A stretch of DNA of 64,000 nucleotides. Source: Gracilinanus agilis. Its lineage: Eukaryota. Position 1 is the stretch's first letter, and every line of letters starts with the position of its first letter. The stretch spans positions 32,273,251 to 32,337,250 of the forward strand of contig NC_058133.1 in the NCBI RefSeq assembly GCF_016433145.1, given 5' to 3'. The notes under the pieces were generated by a model. That model saw nothing but the letters and a program-made list of their open reading frames with translations, did not search any database and was not told where the DNA came from. Below are positions 46,601 through 59,400 of the stretch, one piece after another. Both the position numbers and the translations under genes were made by a program.

Positions 46601-49600
46601 AGCACTTAGTTGTTAATCCTTAAGGAATCTGGGCTGGGTGGTAGGTTAACATCTTTATCAATGACATGGATTAAGGCATAGATGATCTCATCAAATTTAT
46701 AGAAGATCCAGTCAGAAAGGAAAGCAGCAAAACACTGAATGCAATTAACAGCACCAGCTTAAATCAAGTCAATAGGGATGGACGGATTTTTGCACTTGGG
46801 TACAAAAATCAACTTCAAAGTAAAATGGGAAGGTGGGTTTACATAGAGGTTCTGAAAAAGATCTTGGGGTTTCAGTGGACTTCAGGCTCAATGAATTAAC
46901 AGTGTGAAGAGGAAACCAAACATGCAAATTCAATCTCAGGAGAGAAACAGACAGACAGTCGTCCTCTCTGGAGATCTTCAAGGAGGGTCTAGAGGCCCAT
47001 ACATGGACATAGATGTTGAGACTTGTTGGACATATTGGCAAAACACAGCAAAACCATGATGACTGCTTTTCTTTAAATTCTGTTACGAGGGATGGCATAT
47101 AGGGGACGGAGGGGAAAGATAGGAAAGTGATACAAAACAAGATATTAATGAAAATACTAAGGAAAGCTATGTGCCAAAATTGGCCCTGAAGAAGGGTAGG
47201 AAAATGAACTTCGCTTCCCCTTCACTGCAGAAGTTGGGAACAAGAGTTGGGGAATATTGCAGAAATAGTCTGACAAACTGGTTTTGTTGACTGCTACCCC
47301 CTCCCACTTTTTTTAAATGAGGAAAGACTTTGGGGTAGGCTAAGAGATATATTTGGAAATCAATGTGAAATAGAAACACACCAATTTGAAAAACAAAACA
47401 AAAAGTCAAGTAGTGTTTGTTCATCCTACAGGTGGGGAGAAAGGAATCACTAAATGTTCTGGGCAGTCAGGAGGTCCAGTCATCCAGAGGCCTTGAGATA
47501 ATGGGCACCTGTGTGACATACAAGACATCTAAAAGCAACACCAATACTTTCTGAGAATAACCCTCCAGGTGCACTTGGCATTTTGGATATAGGTACAACC
47601 TTATTGGCATTTCAAGCCTGGCATGGCCAGAATCTCTCACCTTGAAGCTCTAGTCCCAACCCTTCTCTGACTAGCTTCCCAGGCTTCCTCCAAGCAATGG
47701 AGCAGGGATACAGCAGAGGCTCTTGGCATTTGTGCTCAGATCTCAAAGCCACTTATGGGAGCATAGACTTAGTCCTAGAAGGGACACCATAAATCATCGT
47801 GGACAATTTCTCAAAAGCCCAGAGAGGGAAATGGCACACCCAACACTAGCAGCAGAGCTAGCATCCAAACCCCAGCTGACTCTCATTTCTCTCCCCAGTT
47901 CCTCATATCTCTTCTGGGGTCTTTGCTACCTTTTCATTCTACAACTTTACTCAATGGCCCTCAGCCTTCTCATTCTGGAACATCAATCTATCCCTACAGC
48001 CCCACTTTCTCATGAGGAAATTTTTCCTGTAACATCCATTTGAAAAAAGGCCCCAGACCAGCTGCCCTTCCTCTCTCTGTCCTCTGCCCTGATAGCACTT
48101 GAATATCTTCCCAAGCTTCCCTTCAGCTCCCTTTCACATGCTATCTTCCCATTAGAATGTGAGCTCCTTGAGGACAAGGGCTTTCTTTTTCTTGTAGTCA
48201 TATTTCTAAAAACTTGGCACCATCCCTGGCGTATGGTAGGACCTTAAATCAATGCTTATAGACTAATGTCACCCCTTCCCTGCATACCACACTGGATCAA
48301 ATGAGAATCCATAAAAGGAACTGAAGAGATCAGAGGCAGACCACCAGGGACTGGAATCAGCAAGCTCAGACAGCTTTTTCTAGGAGTTGACTGAGAAAGG
48401 GAGAAGACACACAGGATAAAAGCTTGAGGGATCTAGAAGGTATAGAAAGAGTTAAGCATGGGGGAGACAGGCATTTGTAAGCAGCAGAGAATGAGTTAAT
48501 AAAGGAGGAGAAAATGAAGGAAAGGGAGTGAAAGGAAAGGGGCGGGGCCCTGTGAAGAATGGAGGGTCAGCTTTGACAAGAAGGGCCACCTCTTCATCAG
48601 AAACTGCAGTGAATGGGAGATGGTGACAAGGGATTGTGAGGTGGAGAATAGTGGAGAAAAGAAAGATCCAGATGAATGATCTCTTCTTTTATCAATTAAG
48701 TAGAGGGTGAGGTGGTCAGCTGATGAAGGGAGAAGGGTGGTGTGGGAACAAGAAGACAAAGAGGAGGTCTGGAACAGCTGCTGCAGCAGAGTGGGAGAGA
48801 ATCAATGAGGGAGCAGTGAAAAGCCTCCCTGGGACATAAGAGTGTAAATCTGTAATGTAAGCCAGGCAGCAGCTGGTGACATTTTTAGCTGCTTTTCTTT
48901 TTCTAAACATATTGAGGAAAAAAAGAAATGAATGGAGGTAGTGATTCAGGGCTAAGATTCAGAAAAGAGTGAAAAGCAAAATGATAGGGAAGCAAGGGAG
49001 AATCCGGAGGGCTAACCCAGTTAACCAGAGGATGACCAGGAAAAGGCTGAAGGGGAGGGAATGGAGGTCTCAGTGAGGACAAAGACGAGGTCAGGGAGGC
49101 TTGTGGAAGAGAAGTGGGGAGCAGGTCCACAGGGACCTCAGGTTCTCCACCTACAAGTAAGGCTGTAGCGGGAGGAAGGAGGATGGCTGAGCCTTGCACA
49201 TTCCCGCAGGGGAGGGGGGTAGTGGGGGAGGGAGTAAAGGGCGGCGGCGGCTGCTGGCGGGCCCAGAGGGACGGACCCAGGGCCAAACCATCCTGGGGGT
49301 GGGCCCAAGTGAAGATCCTGCGGAGAAGGTCACGCGGGGAGCCCCTGAGGAGAGCGGGGTCAGCAGGGTCAAAAGCTGCAGAGGGGGAGGGAAAGGTGAT
49401 CACTCACACTCCCGCTGCTGAGCTTGCAGTCTGCTAGGACCCCCAAATCTTCTTCGGACAAACGTCCCTGCGTCCGCCGTCCTGCCCCTCTCTAGGGCCC
49501 TGGGTCCTCCTCCCGCCTCCGCCACCTGCACCTTCTCCCTCCAAGCCCGGGGGGAGAGGGGAGCTCCTGGCTGGGGTACCCGCCCCTCCACCACTCGACG

Positions 49601-49873
49601 GAAAGAGAGCCCCCCCCCCCCACAAAGGGCCCCTGCGGGACGTCGGGGATACGTGAGGGGTGGGGCACTCAGATCCTTTCTTCCACCGCCCCTCTACTCA
49701 GCAAGACCGCAGGCCTGAGGGAATCTTAAAGCGCGCCAGCAGAGGTGCAATTCCGAGCCTTTCAATGACGAGAAACCTAAGGACGTGACCCCGAGGCTCC
49801 GCTGCCCCGCGTAGCCCCTCACCTGCTTGGGATCCCCGCCGTCCCGCGACCTCTTCTCGTCCCCCCACCCCAT
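43649..49873 (-). CDS. UQCRH: UQCRH, cytochrome b-c1 hinge subunit, 90 aa; join(49873-49823, 44938-44912, 44387-44226, 43681-43649)
   Basis: [42 protein letters not shown]...[22 protein letters not shown]; all introns are phase 0. Confidence 0.97.
44226..44387 (-). CDS. UQCRH: UQCRH exon 3 (162 nt)
   Basis: [10 protein letters not shown]...HARDHC; GAG acceptor and gtgagt donor. Confidence 0.96.
44912..44938 (-). CDS. UQCRH: UQCRH exon 2 (27 nt)
   Basis: cttgtag|EDDEEKELV|gtaaga. Confidence 0.93.
46600..46960 (+). mobile_element. L3/CR1 LINE RT fragment
   Basis: ctcatcaaattt (LIKF..) and gatcttggggtttcagtggac (DLGV.VD) resemble the CR1/L3 RT C-terminus. Confidence 0.7.
48440..49110 (-). mobile_element. 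L2 ORF fragment
   Basis: Purine-rich antisense L2-like sequence resembling 52700-53300. Confidence 0.55.
49823..49873 (-). CDS. UQCRH: UQCRH exon 1 (51 nt)
   Basis: accagacATGG; [17 protein letters not shown]|gtgagg. Confidence 0.92.
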
Positions 49874-50264
49874 GTCTGGTGTCCGCTACTGACTTCAGCA
49901 AGCTCGACTCCTCCCCACGGGCCGAGAAGGACTCGCCAGGGTCACGGACCGGATATCCAATCCGCCACCGGAAGTGCAGTGGCTTTTTCCAACGGCGCAG
50001 CTCGAGGGGGTGGGTGACACGCCTGGCGCTGTGTCTGGAGCCCCCACATTGGAAGAAGATAGCGTTCACGTCTAACGGGAAGCCTGAATAAGCTGCCTGG
50101 CCATGAGGAGCTTACAGGCTCGTTGCTGCGCGCCTGAACAGCGGGGCTGACCTTCGCATCTACCCGCTTCCTCCCCTCAGAGTGCGTCCCGTAGCCTGCC
50201 CCACCCTTATCAAATATGGCGGCATGTAGCGCTGCGCATGCGTGGGCTCCCGCCACTGCCCAAT
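49874..50264. promoter_or_regulatory. Bidirectional CpG-island promoter shared by UQCRH and LRRC41
   Basis: The two ATGs are 391 bp apart. CCAAT at 49957-49961, ETS/GABP ACCGGAAGTG at 49967-49976, YY1 at 50212-50223, NRF1 TGCGCATGCG at 50233-50242. Confidence 0.9.
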
Positions 50265-50460
50265 ATGGCGGCCCCCGGGCCTCGCGACTTCAGCGCAAGC
50301 CCGGATTCGCGTGAGTCTATCGCAGCGGCCGCCATGGAGGCCACTCCCGGAGAAAGGAACCTCAAGGCTGGCTCGGAGCCCAGCGGTCCCCCAGCGCTGT
50401 ACGTGCTGTGCGGCTGGGCCGTGAGCGCCCACATGGGTGTCCTGGAGAGCGGGGTGTGGG
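50265..50460 (+). CDS. LRRC41: LRRC41 exon 1 (196 nt)
   Basis: MAAPGP...MEATP...[23 protein letters not shown]|gtgagt. Confidence 0.93.
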
Positions 50461-53400
50461 GTGAGTGAGGACCCTGGGGGGGAGGGTCAACGGACGGCCG
50501 GTTCCTATGGAAACCAGGTCCTCCGAGGGGTAGAAGTAGCGTTTCCATGGAAACTGGAGGTGGCCCGGTGGGAGCCCGAGCCTGGGACAGGTGGTGTTGC
50601 CATGGAAACCGAACCCAGCTTCCGGGACCTGGGCGATGACCTGCACTGGCCTCCAGCTGTGAAGGCTTGTGGTCAGCTTGTGGCATCCCCTTAAAGAAGG
50701 ACATTGATGAGCTGAGAAGGTCCAGAGAGAGCAGCCAAGTGGGGGAAGGGCCTGGAATCTCGCAGCCTGGGGGAAAGAGAAGGCTCAGGGCAGACTTTCC
50801 TGGGGAGGGGTAGAGCTTCCAGTCCTGAAAGGTCTTCAAGTAGAGTCACTTGTTGGGTATATTGTGATGGGATTCGTATTAAGGGGCTGGTTGGATAGTC
50901 ATAAAATCACAGAATTTGAGAGATGAAATAACACCAGCATCACTAAGTCAGGGATGAAGCAGCTCTCAAGGAGCTGACCTGTTAAAGGGGGACATTACAT
51001 TTGTGTAAAAGATTAGTGTGAACCTGTGATTTCATTGATACATGGAACTCCCAAATGCTGGTCAGCATCTTCTTTGTGACTTACAAGCTTAGGCAGCTTT
51101 TGTTTTGTTTGTTTGCTTAAACCCTTACTTTCCAGGCTTAGAATTAATACCATCTTTTGGTTCTAAGGCAGAAGAGTAGTAAGAGCTAGGCAGTAGGAAT
51201 TAAGTAATTTTCCCAGTGTCACACAGCTAGGAAGTGTCTGAGGCCAGAGAAAGTTTTCTAGAGCTTTGAACCTGCCCTGCCTGCAACCCTTACATCCAGT
51301 TCCAGGCAGGTGCAGACATTCCTATAGATAATAACAATTTATAGGAACGCAAAAGCATCTGAGGTTACATTTGAACCCAGGACCTCCCATGCCTGGCTCT
51401 TAATCCACTGAACCAACTAGCTGCTCCCCCAACCTTTCCACTGTACTCTTTGGAATGAATGCCTGCTCCATTAGTAACAAGTTTACTCTCATCTTGAAGT
51501 CTTTTCCTCTACTAGCACCCTCACTGAGATGTGCCTCCCTCTTGCTAATATAGCTTCCCTGGCATCCAGTGTTGGTCTTGGTAGGGGATTCTGAATACTC
51601 CTTGCTTTACGTTTTCACTTCCAAACTCTTCCCTCTACAACCATCACTCAGTAACTTCTCTTTCTTTGAGATTCATTCTGTCAATATCTACCATCCAATC
51701 AAACTCCAGGTACTTATTGTCTACAGACCCCCACTGAACAATCCTTCTTCCCTCAGGGAGTTCAGTGCTGGCCTCACCATCTCTACCCTCCCCAACTCCT
51801 GCTCTCAAACTAGGAGAGTTCCACCAACATATTGCTAGTCCCTTAAACTCCCTAACCTCACCTTTCTCATTTCCTATGACCCATTTGTTCTTCTCTCCCA
51901 GCCACACACAAAGACAGTCATACCTTTGATCTCATTATCACTCATAAATGTTCAATTTACATGTTCATGAACTCAAAAAATCTTTTAATTAAAAAATATT
52001 TTATTTTCCCAAACTCATGTAATAACAATTTTCAACATACATTTTCTGAAGTTATAAGATCCAAATTGTCTCCCTTCTCTCCCCCCTTCCAGAGATGGTA
52101 AACAATTTGATCTAGGTTGTACATATCTTTATAATGCAAAACATACTTCCATATTGGTCAATGATATAAGAGAATACTCATATAAAACCAAAACCATAAG
52201 CTAATGTGGAAGATAGTATGCTTTGATCTCCCTCTTGACTCCAACAGTTCTTTCTCTGGTGGTGAATAGGATTCTTTTTTGAAGCCCTTCAAGAATTCAG
52301 AAATTCTTTTATCTGATCATAATCTTTGTCATTCCACCTCTCCCTCCACTTTCCAATACCAAACCCTGTTTTTTGTCTTCACTTGTGACCTCCAGTCCCT
52401 CAACCTCAATTCTTAAATCATTCCCCTGCACTGGCTACACTCTCCACTAACCCCTACCTTGATCCTTTGTAGAGTTCCATTCAGATCTACACTGACCTTT
52501 TCCCTTAAGTCATTTGTCCCTTTGTTCTTTTGAAGATCATGTCCTTCAAAACTCTGACCTTTATTATTCCCACCACTTATTGCCTTTATTCCTCCTTATA
52601 GGTTGCTGAAAATGAGGCTGGAAAAAACCATGAAACTGAACTGACCTCGTCCACTATAAATTTATGTTACAGAACCTCAACTGAGCCCTTACTGCTACTA
52701 AGCAATGCCTTTCCAGTTCCCTAATTAACTCACTGTCTTACTCTCCACAGTGGCTCTAAGATTTTTTTCATTCCTCCTCAAACTTTCGATAGTTCCCCTC
52801 TACCTTATCCTCTTAGCTGAGAACCTTAGCTTATTTTTTACTGAAAATTTGAGGTAATTTGCCAAGAGCTCCCTCTTGTCCTCTCCTTCAAATCTTACAT
52901 CATTCAGATGCCTCCGACACTATCTCCCCCTATACCCTTGTCTCAAAGAAGAGGCCCTCTACATGCACAAGAGATCCCCTCATCCTATCTCCTCTAGGCG
53001 ATTGTCTCCTCCTTCACCCCCAGTCTCTATCTCCTGGATGCTTTCCTACAGCCTTCAGATGTGCCAGGATCCTCAAAAGATTCTAGTAGCTATTTCTCTC
53101 ATCTTCTTATGACTAAACTCCTTGAGAAGGCTGTCTACAATCAGTGCCTCCAATTCCTCTCACTTTCTTCTTAACTTCTTCAGTCTGGCTTCTGACCTCA
53201 TCATTCAACCAAAACTGTTCTCTCCAGGGTTACTAATAAAGTTACTGATTGCCAGATCCAATAGCATTTTCTCAGTCCCTGTCCTCCTTGCTCTCTCTAT
53301 AGCCTTTGACACTGTCATTCACCTTCTCTAGGTTTTTGTGATGCTGCTCTCTCCTGGATATCCTCCCTGTTATATTTCTTCTTCAGAGTCTCCTTTATTG

Positions 53401-56400
53401 CATCTTCATCTGGGTTACACTTGCTACCATATCCCACTGGGCTGTGTCCTGGGCCCTTATCATCTACTAGTCTCACAGTCATTGGGTAGGACTCTAGAGC
53501 TGGAGGAATCTGGTAAGGCCTCATGAAGGAGGTGGTACGTGATCTGAGCTTTAAAGGAAACCAGAAATTCTGAGAGTTGGAGCTGAGGGAGAAGAGCATT
53601 CCAGGCCCCAGATCTAGGAGCTGGGAAGTTGTATGAGCGGGAAGGCTTTGATGTGTCTGTTCACACATCAGAATAGCAGCTCCTTGAGAGCAGGAGTAGC
53701 TCATCACTTTTGCCTCTATATCCCTAGCACCTAGCCGTGGTTTGCCTATTATAAGGGCTGAAAATGCTTGAAGAGACTGAATTGAACTGAACAAATGCAC
53801 TCACTCCTACAGACTCAGCAGTCTTGAGGAGGAGGAAAAGGATTCTGGTGGAACCTCAGAAAGGCTGGGGTCCTGGGCCTCTAGCCAAGTATCCCCTCTT
53901 GAAGCTCCCTGAACATGCTTCCTAAGTGGCAGAGGGGAAGGCCCAAGGCCTTCTGACTGCAAGGCCAAAAGTTTTTCCCCTCCAAGGCCTCCCTCCTGGA
54001 AGTGGGCAAAAAGTGGAGAAAAGCCTCTGTCTCCCTTTTACTGCCTCTGACCCCAGCTCTTTGGCTTGGTTTCTCAGCTCTTCCAGGTCCCATACTTCAA
54101 GGTATCTTACCACTGCTCAACATCTATTACCTGGAGAGAGCTGAGCATGCAGCCCAGGAGAAAGGTGAGCTGTCACTGTTGCCACAAGTCCAGAGGTCGG
54201 CTTTGCCCCCAGCAGGCAACAGCCATATCTTTCCCCTGGGTGGCTCAAAAAGCTATTGGAATGCATGGGGCAGACCTACTTATCCCTATAACCATTCCCC
54301 GGGAAGGAGCTGAGTCTCAGAAACACCAGCAGGGATTTGGGGTGGGTAGAGGATGGCACTGGATGCCAGGACTAGCTACTCGTAAGGAGCCACTGGGAAT
54401 GACAGGATGCATGGGTTTTCTATCTCTCACAGGCCTCTCAACACAATCCATCTGGCATCAAATCTGGGATGATGTGATGAGGACAAGGCCACCCCATTCT
54501 GAGGTGAGGGGAAGGTCTTCCAGCTGTCTCTTCTGGCATTGACATGGTGCAGACTGTGCTGACCAGTATCTGGCCAATGGGGCCCCTCTACTTACTCAGT
54601 GGTAAAGAGAAAGAGACAGCCAAGGTCAGGGCAGTGATGCATCCAGAAATTAGCTTCAGGGGAACATGGACCCCCCCTCCTCCATATATTTTTGCATCAG
54701 CAATGGGTACTGACTGAATAATCCCTGAGAGAGCGAAACAGCCCTGCAGGGGCCATGCCCAAGAGCCATGCCAGTCTCACATGACCCTGCGTCATCCACC
54801 TCCAAAGCTGGGAATATAGCAGGATTGAAAAAGACCAGGAAGGCTCAGGGCATTTTTTAGGAATTAAGTAGAATGTGAGTTTAAGCAGAAGGCACTTTAG
54901 GAAAGGAAACTTGTTAGAGAAGTTTTACCAAACAAGCATTGGGCCAGGACAAATGACTCCAAACCCTCTGAGTTGACGTTGCTCCTTGGTATCGCTTCAG
55001 ATGCTCGGTGCCTGGGATGGACTCCTGGGCTTTGGCTGGCATGGCCCTTGAGGCTGGGCTGGGCTGTCCATTGGGGAGAAAGAGCAGGCACAGCTGGTTT
55101 TCACATTGAGCAGAAGGCGGCCTTTAACAGATGGCCACTGTCCAAACCAGCAGAGCCCAGGGCCAGGGGGATAGCAGCGAGAGTAACTCAGCTTTTGGTA
55201 GCCCTTTGAGACTCAAAAAGTCCTTTCTTTTCCATAACCCTATGCCTAAGGAATGCTAAGTAGTGTTTTCCCTGTTTTACATATGAAGAAACTGAAGTGC
55301 TTGGCCTAGGTCACCCAGCCAGCCAGTGGCTGTTAGAGCTGGGATTCCCAGCTGGGTCCACACCAGGGCCAGGGCCTGGGGCTCAGGTGGGCAGCACAGT
55401 CTTGGGAGATGCAGACAGGACTCAGCCTGGAGGGTTGAAGCCAGTAAGTGCTGACCTGTGAAAGCTTTGCCTAATCTGTCTGTCTCTCCTCTCCATCTGG
55501 CTTCAGAGCGTGCCCTGCTGGAAGACCAAGTTCCTGGAGACCTTCTTCTGTCATGTGCTCCGAGGGACCCTGGACCCAGCGTCTGACTGGCGCCTCCATG
55601 ACAGCCGCTTCTCAGCCCTCCTCCATAGCTCCCCCTATGTCACCCAGCTCACTATCTGCAACGCGCTGCAGGGGGTGCGAGAGCTGGTGGCCGAGGCCCA
55701 GCATGGGGCCCTGGAGACTCTGGCCCATTCCCTGCACACACTCAAGTTCCGGCATCTGCTCTTCTCTGATGGGGCTGCCCACCGGGCACTTCGGAAGCTG
55801 CTGCACCGGCTCATTCACCATGGGGCTGTCCGGCAGGTGTCCATGTACTCCTGGCCTGTGCCGGAGACCACGCTGTTCATCCTCATCCTCACTATGAGTG
55901 CGGGGCTCTGGCAGCCAGCCCCCTGCGATGGACCTTGCAGTCTGTGTGGGGAGGACACCGCAGGACGAGCCCCAGTCCGCCATGAGCCTGTCTCCCTCCT
56001 GAGGCCTGGCCAGCCATGCCGGAACAGTGCTGAGCGATCAGCTGCTGCCCTGATGGCCACTCGATGGGAGAATGAGGCCAGGGAGGCTCAACAACAGGCC
56101 ATGCTTGCACAGGCGAGCCGGACACTGGGTGAAGCAGACCCCGAGAGTCCCCTCGGTTCATCATCGGCCCCTCGGACTCTAGCCAGCTCGGCCCTACAGC
56201 CCCAAGAAGCTCCCAGGAGGAAAAGTCCCTGTGCCCATCCCTGGCAGAGGTCTGGGACAGAGCCAGATGACCTCTATGACTTCATCTTCCTCATTGCCAG
56301 TGAAAAGGAAGAGGAGGGGGAGGAGGAAGAGGAAGAAGAGGAGGAGGAAGAAGAGAAGAGACAAGGCCATCTGTCCTCTGGGAGGACGTGGGAGCCTGGC

Positions 56401-59400
56401 TGCTGGGACCTTCCTTCTCTTGATGCTGCCCAGCGCTTCCGCAGCATCTCCACCTTGGACTTGTTCACCATCCCGCTGTCCACAGAGTCAACTCTTGTCC
56501 TGTGCCACCTACTGAGCTCCTGGGTGTCCCTGGAGAAGCTCACCCTCTCCTATAACGGTAAGGCGTTCCCTAGCAGGGCTCTGCTACCAGTCACAGCGAA
56601 TTGAGCCTGTTAGTGCAGAGGCCCAGGAGGCAGGCAGAAAACGCTGAGCCGCCCACACCCCCACACCCCCAAGCCCTCCAAGGGACAGTCCTGCTGGCTT
56701 CACCTGCCCACATGCAGGTCAGGAAGAACCGTAGGAAGTTTTGGAGCCCGCATTTGGCTTCCACCCCACTGCCCCCTGAGAGACCCTTGAACCACTTACT
56801 AATGAAGAGAACACATAGATCCTGGTCATTCCTGGGTGACCTGCTCAATCTTGTCCAGGGCCCTGAAGGCCATTTCCTCCATGCCCCTCTACTGTTTAGG
56901 GAGTTACCTCGTGTGTCTATGTCCTGCATCTTTGTGGAATGCCAGTCTGCACCTTGTTTCTGCCAGGCTGCTTTCTCTGGGGATGGTGGTGGCTTCCCCA
57001 CTCCCAGCTCCTGGACCTGAGTGAGCTTGGCCCTCCCACGGCTGTAGCACTCTGAGAGTTAGAGGCACCCGAGGAGGGGAGAATGGATGTGGGGAAAGAG
57101 GGAAAACAGGCATGGTTATCCTCATTGTTCAGAGAGAAGATGGAGGCTCAGAGGGGCAGGGAGCGTCTTGGAAGCCAAGTCTAGAGATCTCTTCTGTAGG
57201 CTATGTAGTCTTCCAGAAGCAAACTCTTCTTGCTTCAAGGCCTAGCTCGGAGGTCATCTCCCCAGGGGTTAGGGCACCTTCCCACCTCACTCTACCTTTG
57301 AAAACAATAAAGAAGATTTATCTTTGTCTATTGGAAGTCCCAATTGAATGAGTTTCTGAGAATAAGCCTTACTATGTTTTCCCTATGATTTCACTGATTA
57401 GGGAACTCCTTGGGAGGAGACCTCCCTCTCTCTCCCCAAGTAATGCAAGTTGGCACCTTCTCTCTAACTTAGAGCCTCTGAGAGAGGGATTTTTCCAGGG
57501 TTACCCAGCCAGGAGGGTCTGCATGACTGGCTGCCTAGCCATGGTCTTTGCATATCTCCTGGCATGGCACCAGCTACAGTGGATGATAAATGAATAATTG
57601 TGGAAATGAATGAAAGAGACTGAACAAGGCTGACTCCCATCACCTGTTTAGTCATTTTGGGTTAAGATCTGCCCATCCAGACATGTGAGTGTCGTAGATC
57701 TTATCCCACTGATGAGTGAGACCTTCAAGGTCCAGTCAGCCTTCTTGTGTTGTGACAGGATCTCAGGGCTGGTGGCTTTCTTTCTCAGCCCCTTCCCAGA
57801 TGGCCAATAGAAGAGCCTCTCTCCAGGAAGGCCTTTGGCACTTGGCTTCTCATCTCTTAGTTCTTCCCTCTCTCCCCAGCCCACATTAGGGTTTCATCCT
57901 ACCTTCCTTCTGCCTTGCCAACAGCGATTGCTGGGTTATACTTTAAAATCCTTCATCTCCTTTCTCTTTTTTCTTTAATGTTTTTCTTTTACTATTTTCT
58001 TATATATCAAGCAACATAAACATTTCAACAAAAAAGGAGAATTCTAGATGAAACCCTAACCTTTTTTACCATTAGGTTTTCTGAGCCACAGTTGCCCTCT
58101 CTGATTCTATTTTTAAATGTTTTGTCAATGTGCTTTCCTCCACATCTTTGTTTTTTATAATCTTTTTCTTTCTTTCTTCCTCTTTTGATCATGGCTTTTA
58201 GGCAGTGCAATAATTCTTAAATTATCTTTCCTCAATCTATTTTCCAAGTCATCTTTGCTCTTAAGAAACCTGCATTTTCTTCCATTTTTTCAGTCTTTTA
58301 GCTTTAATAGTTCTTGCTGCTTTATGCAGACATGGCTTCAATTTGGTCCATTTTAATTTTCAGAGAAGTGTTTCGGGGGCTTGGACATTATGCTTCTTGT
58401 TCCAAGGAATTCCTTCTTTTCCCAGATCTTCTTCAATAGCTCTCACTTCTTTCCCCATCTTTTCCTCTGTTATCCTCATTTCCTTCTATAGTAACTTCGT
58501 GGCTATTTTTGAAAACTCTTGTTTATTTTATCCAGGTGCATGCGTCCATGCTGTGTCTTTCTTAGACACCTTGCCGGTAGATATTTTGGAGTCTCCTCTT
58601 CTAGATGGGTGGTCACCATAACAGTGATTTGAGCGTCCTTTCTGACTTTGGACTTGTTGTTAGGCCTGGTCCCTACCTACTTCTGGGGAAAATGTCTGGA
58701 CAATCCTGCTGCGTTTCTCTTGGGATATCTCAGAGTCTCAGGGACAGCTCGGGCTTGGAGCCCTGCAAGCCTTCCATGCTCTCAAAGTGTTGGTTCCATG
58801 GTAGGAAAGTCGGATCATTGCTCTTCTGGTCTGAGCTCTGCAGGTTCCTGACCTGACCTGACCTGGCTCTGCCCAGTCTCCCTGTGGGCTTGCCTTTAGC
58901 CAGAAATTCAAGTAGGCTGCTGCTGGTCCCAGCTACTTTCAGCTGACTGAAAACCTGCCAGCTCAGTGGGAGTGATCTGCAGGTTCCCCTCACCCCCAGT
59001 CTGGGATTCTTATCCTTGTTCTACCACAAGGCTCAGAGTGGCCAGGAGTGCCTGAACTTGTTCCTAGCTCAGAACACAGCCTGGCCATTCCCCCCTCCCC
59101 CCCCCACTCCCCATCCAGTCTGGATTTGGCACTGAGGAGGGAACAAAAGAGCTGCTGGTTGGCACAAGCTCCAGGTTCGTCTTTATGGGCCTGGGCCTCT
59201 TGGTCTAGGTCAGCATTGGTGAAGGTTTTCAAGCTTGTGTGTCCAAATTGCACCTTCAAGCTACCCGTGAGCCCCTCGCATAACCCCAGAGTGGAGGGAG
59301 GAAAAGTGCTCACTTTGGGTGGCTACAGAGGGTAGGGCATGCAGACGATGTCCTCCGGCGCTGGGAAGAAGGGGAAGGGAGTAGCTCCCTGAGTCTGGCC

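Noticed and set aside
57690-57800. Possible C/D-box snoRNA (CTGATGA)
   Set aside because: No convincing D box with terminal stem at a suitable spacing, and these genes are not known to me as snoRNA hosts.
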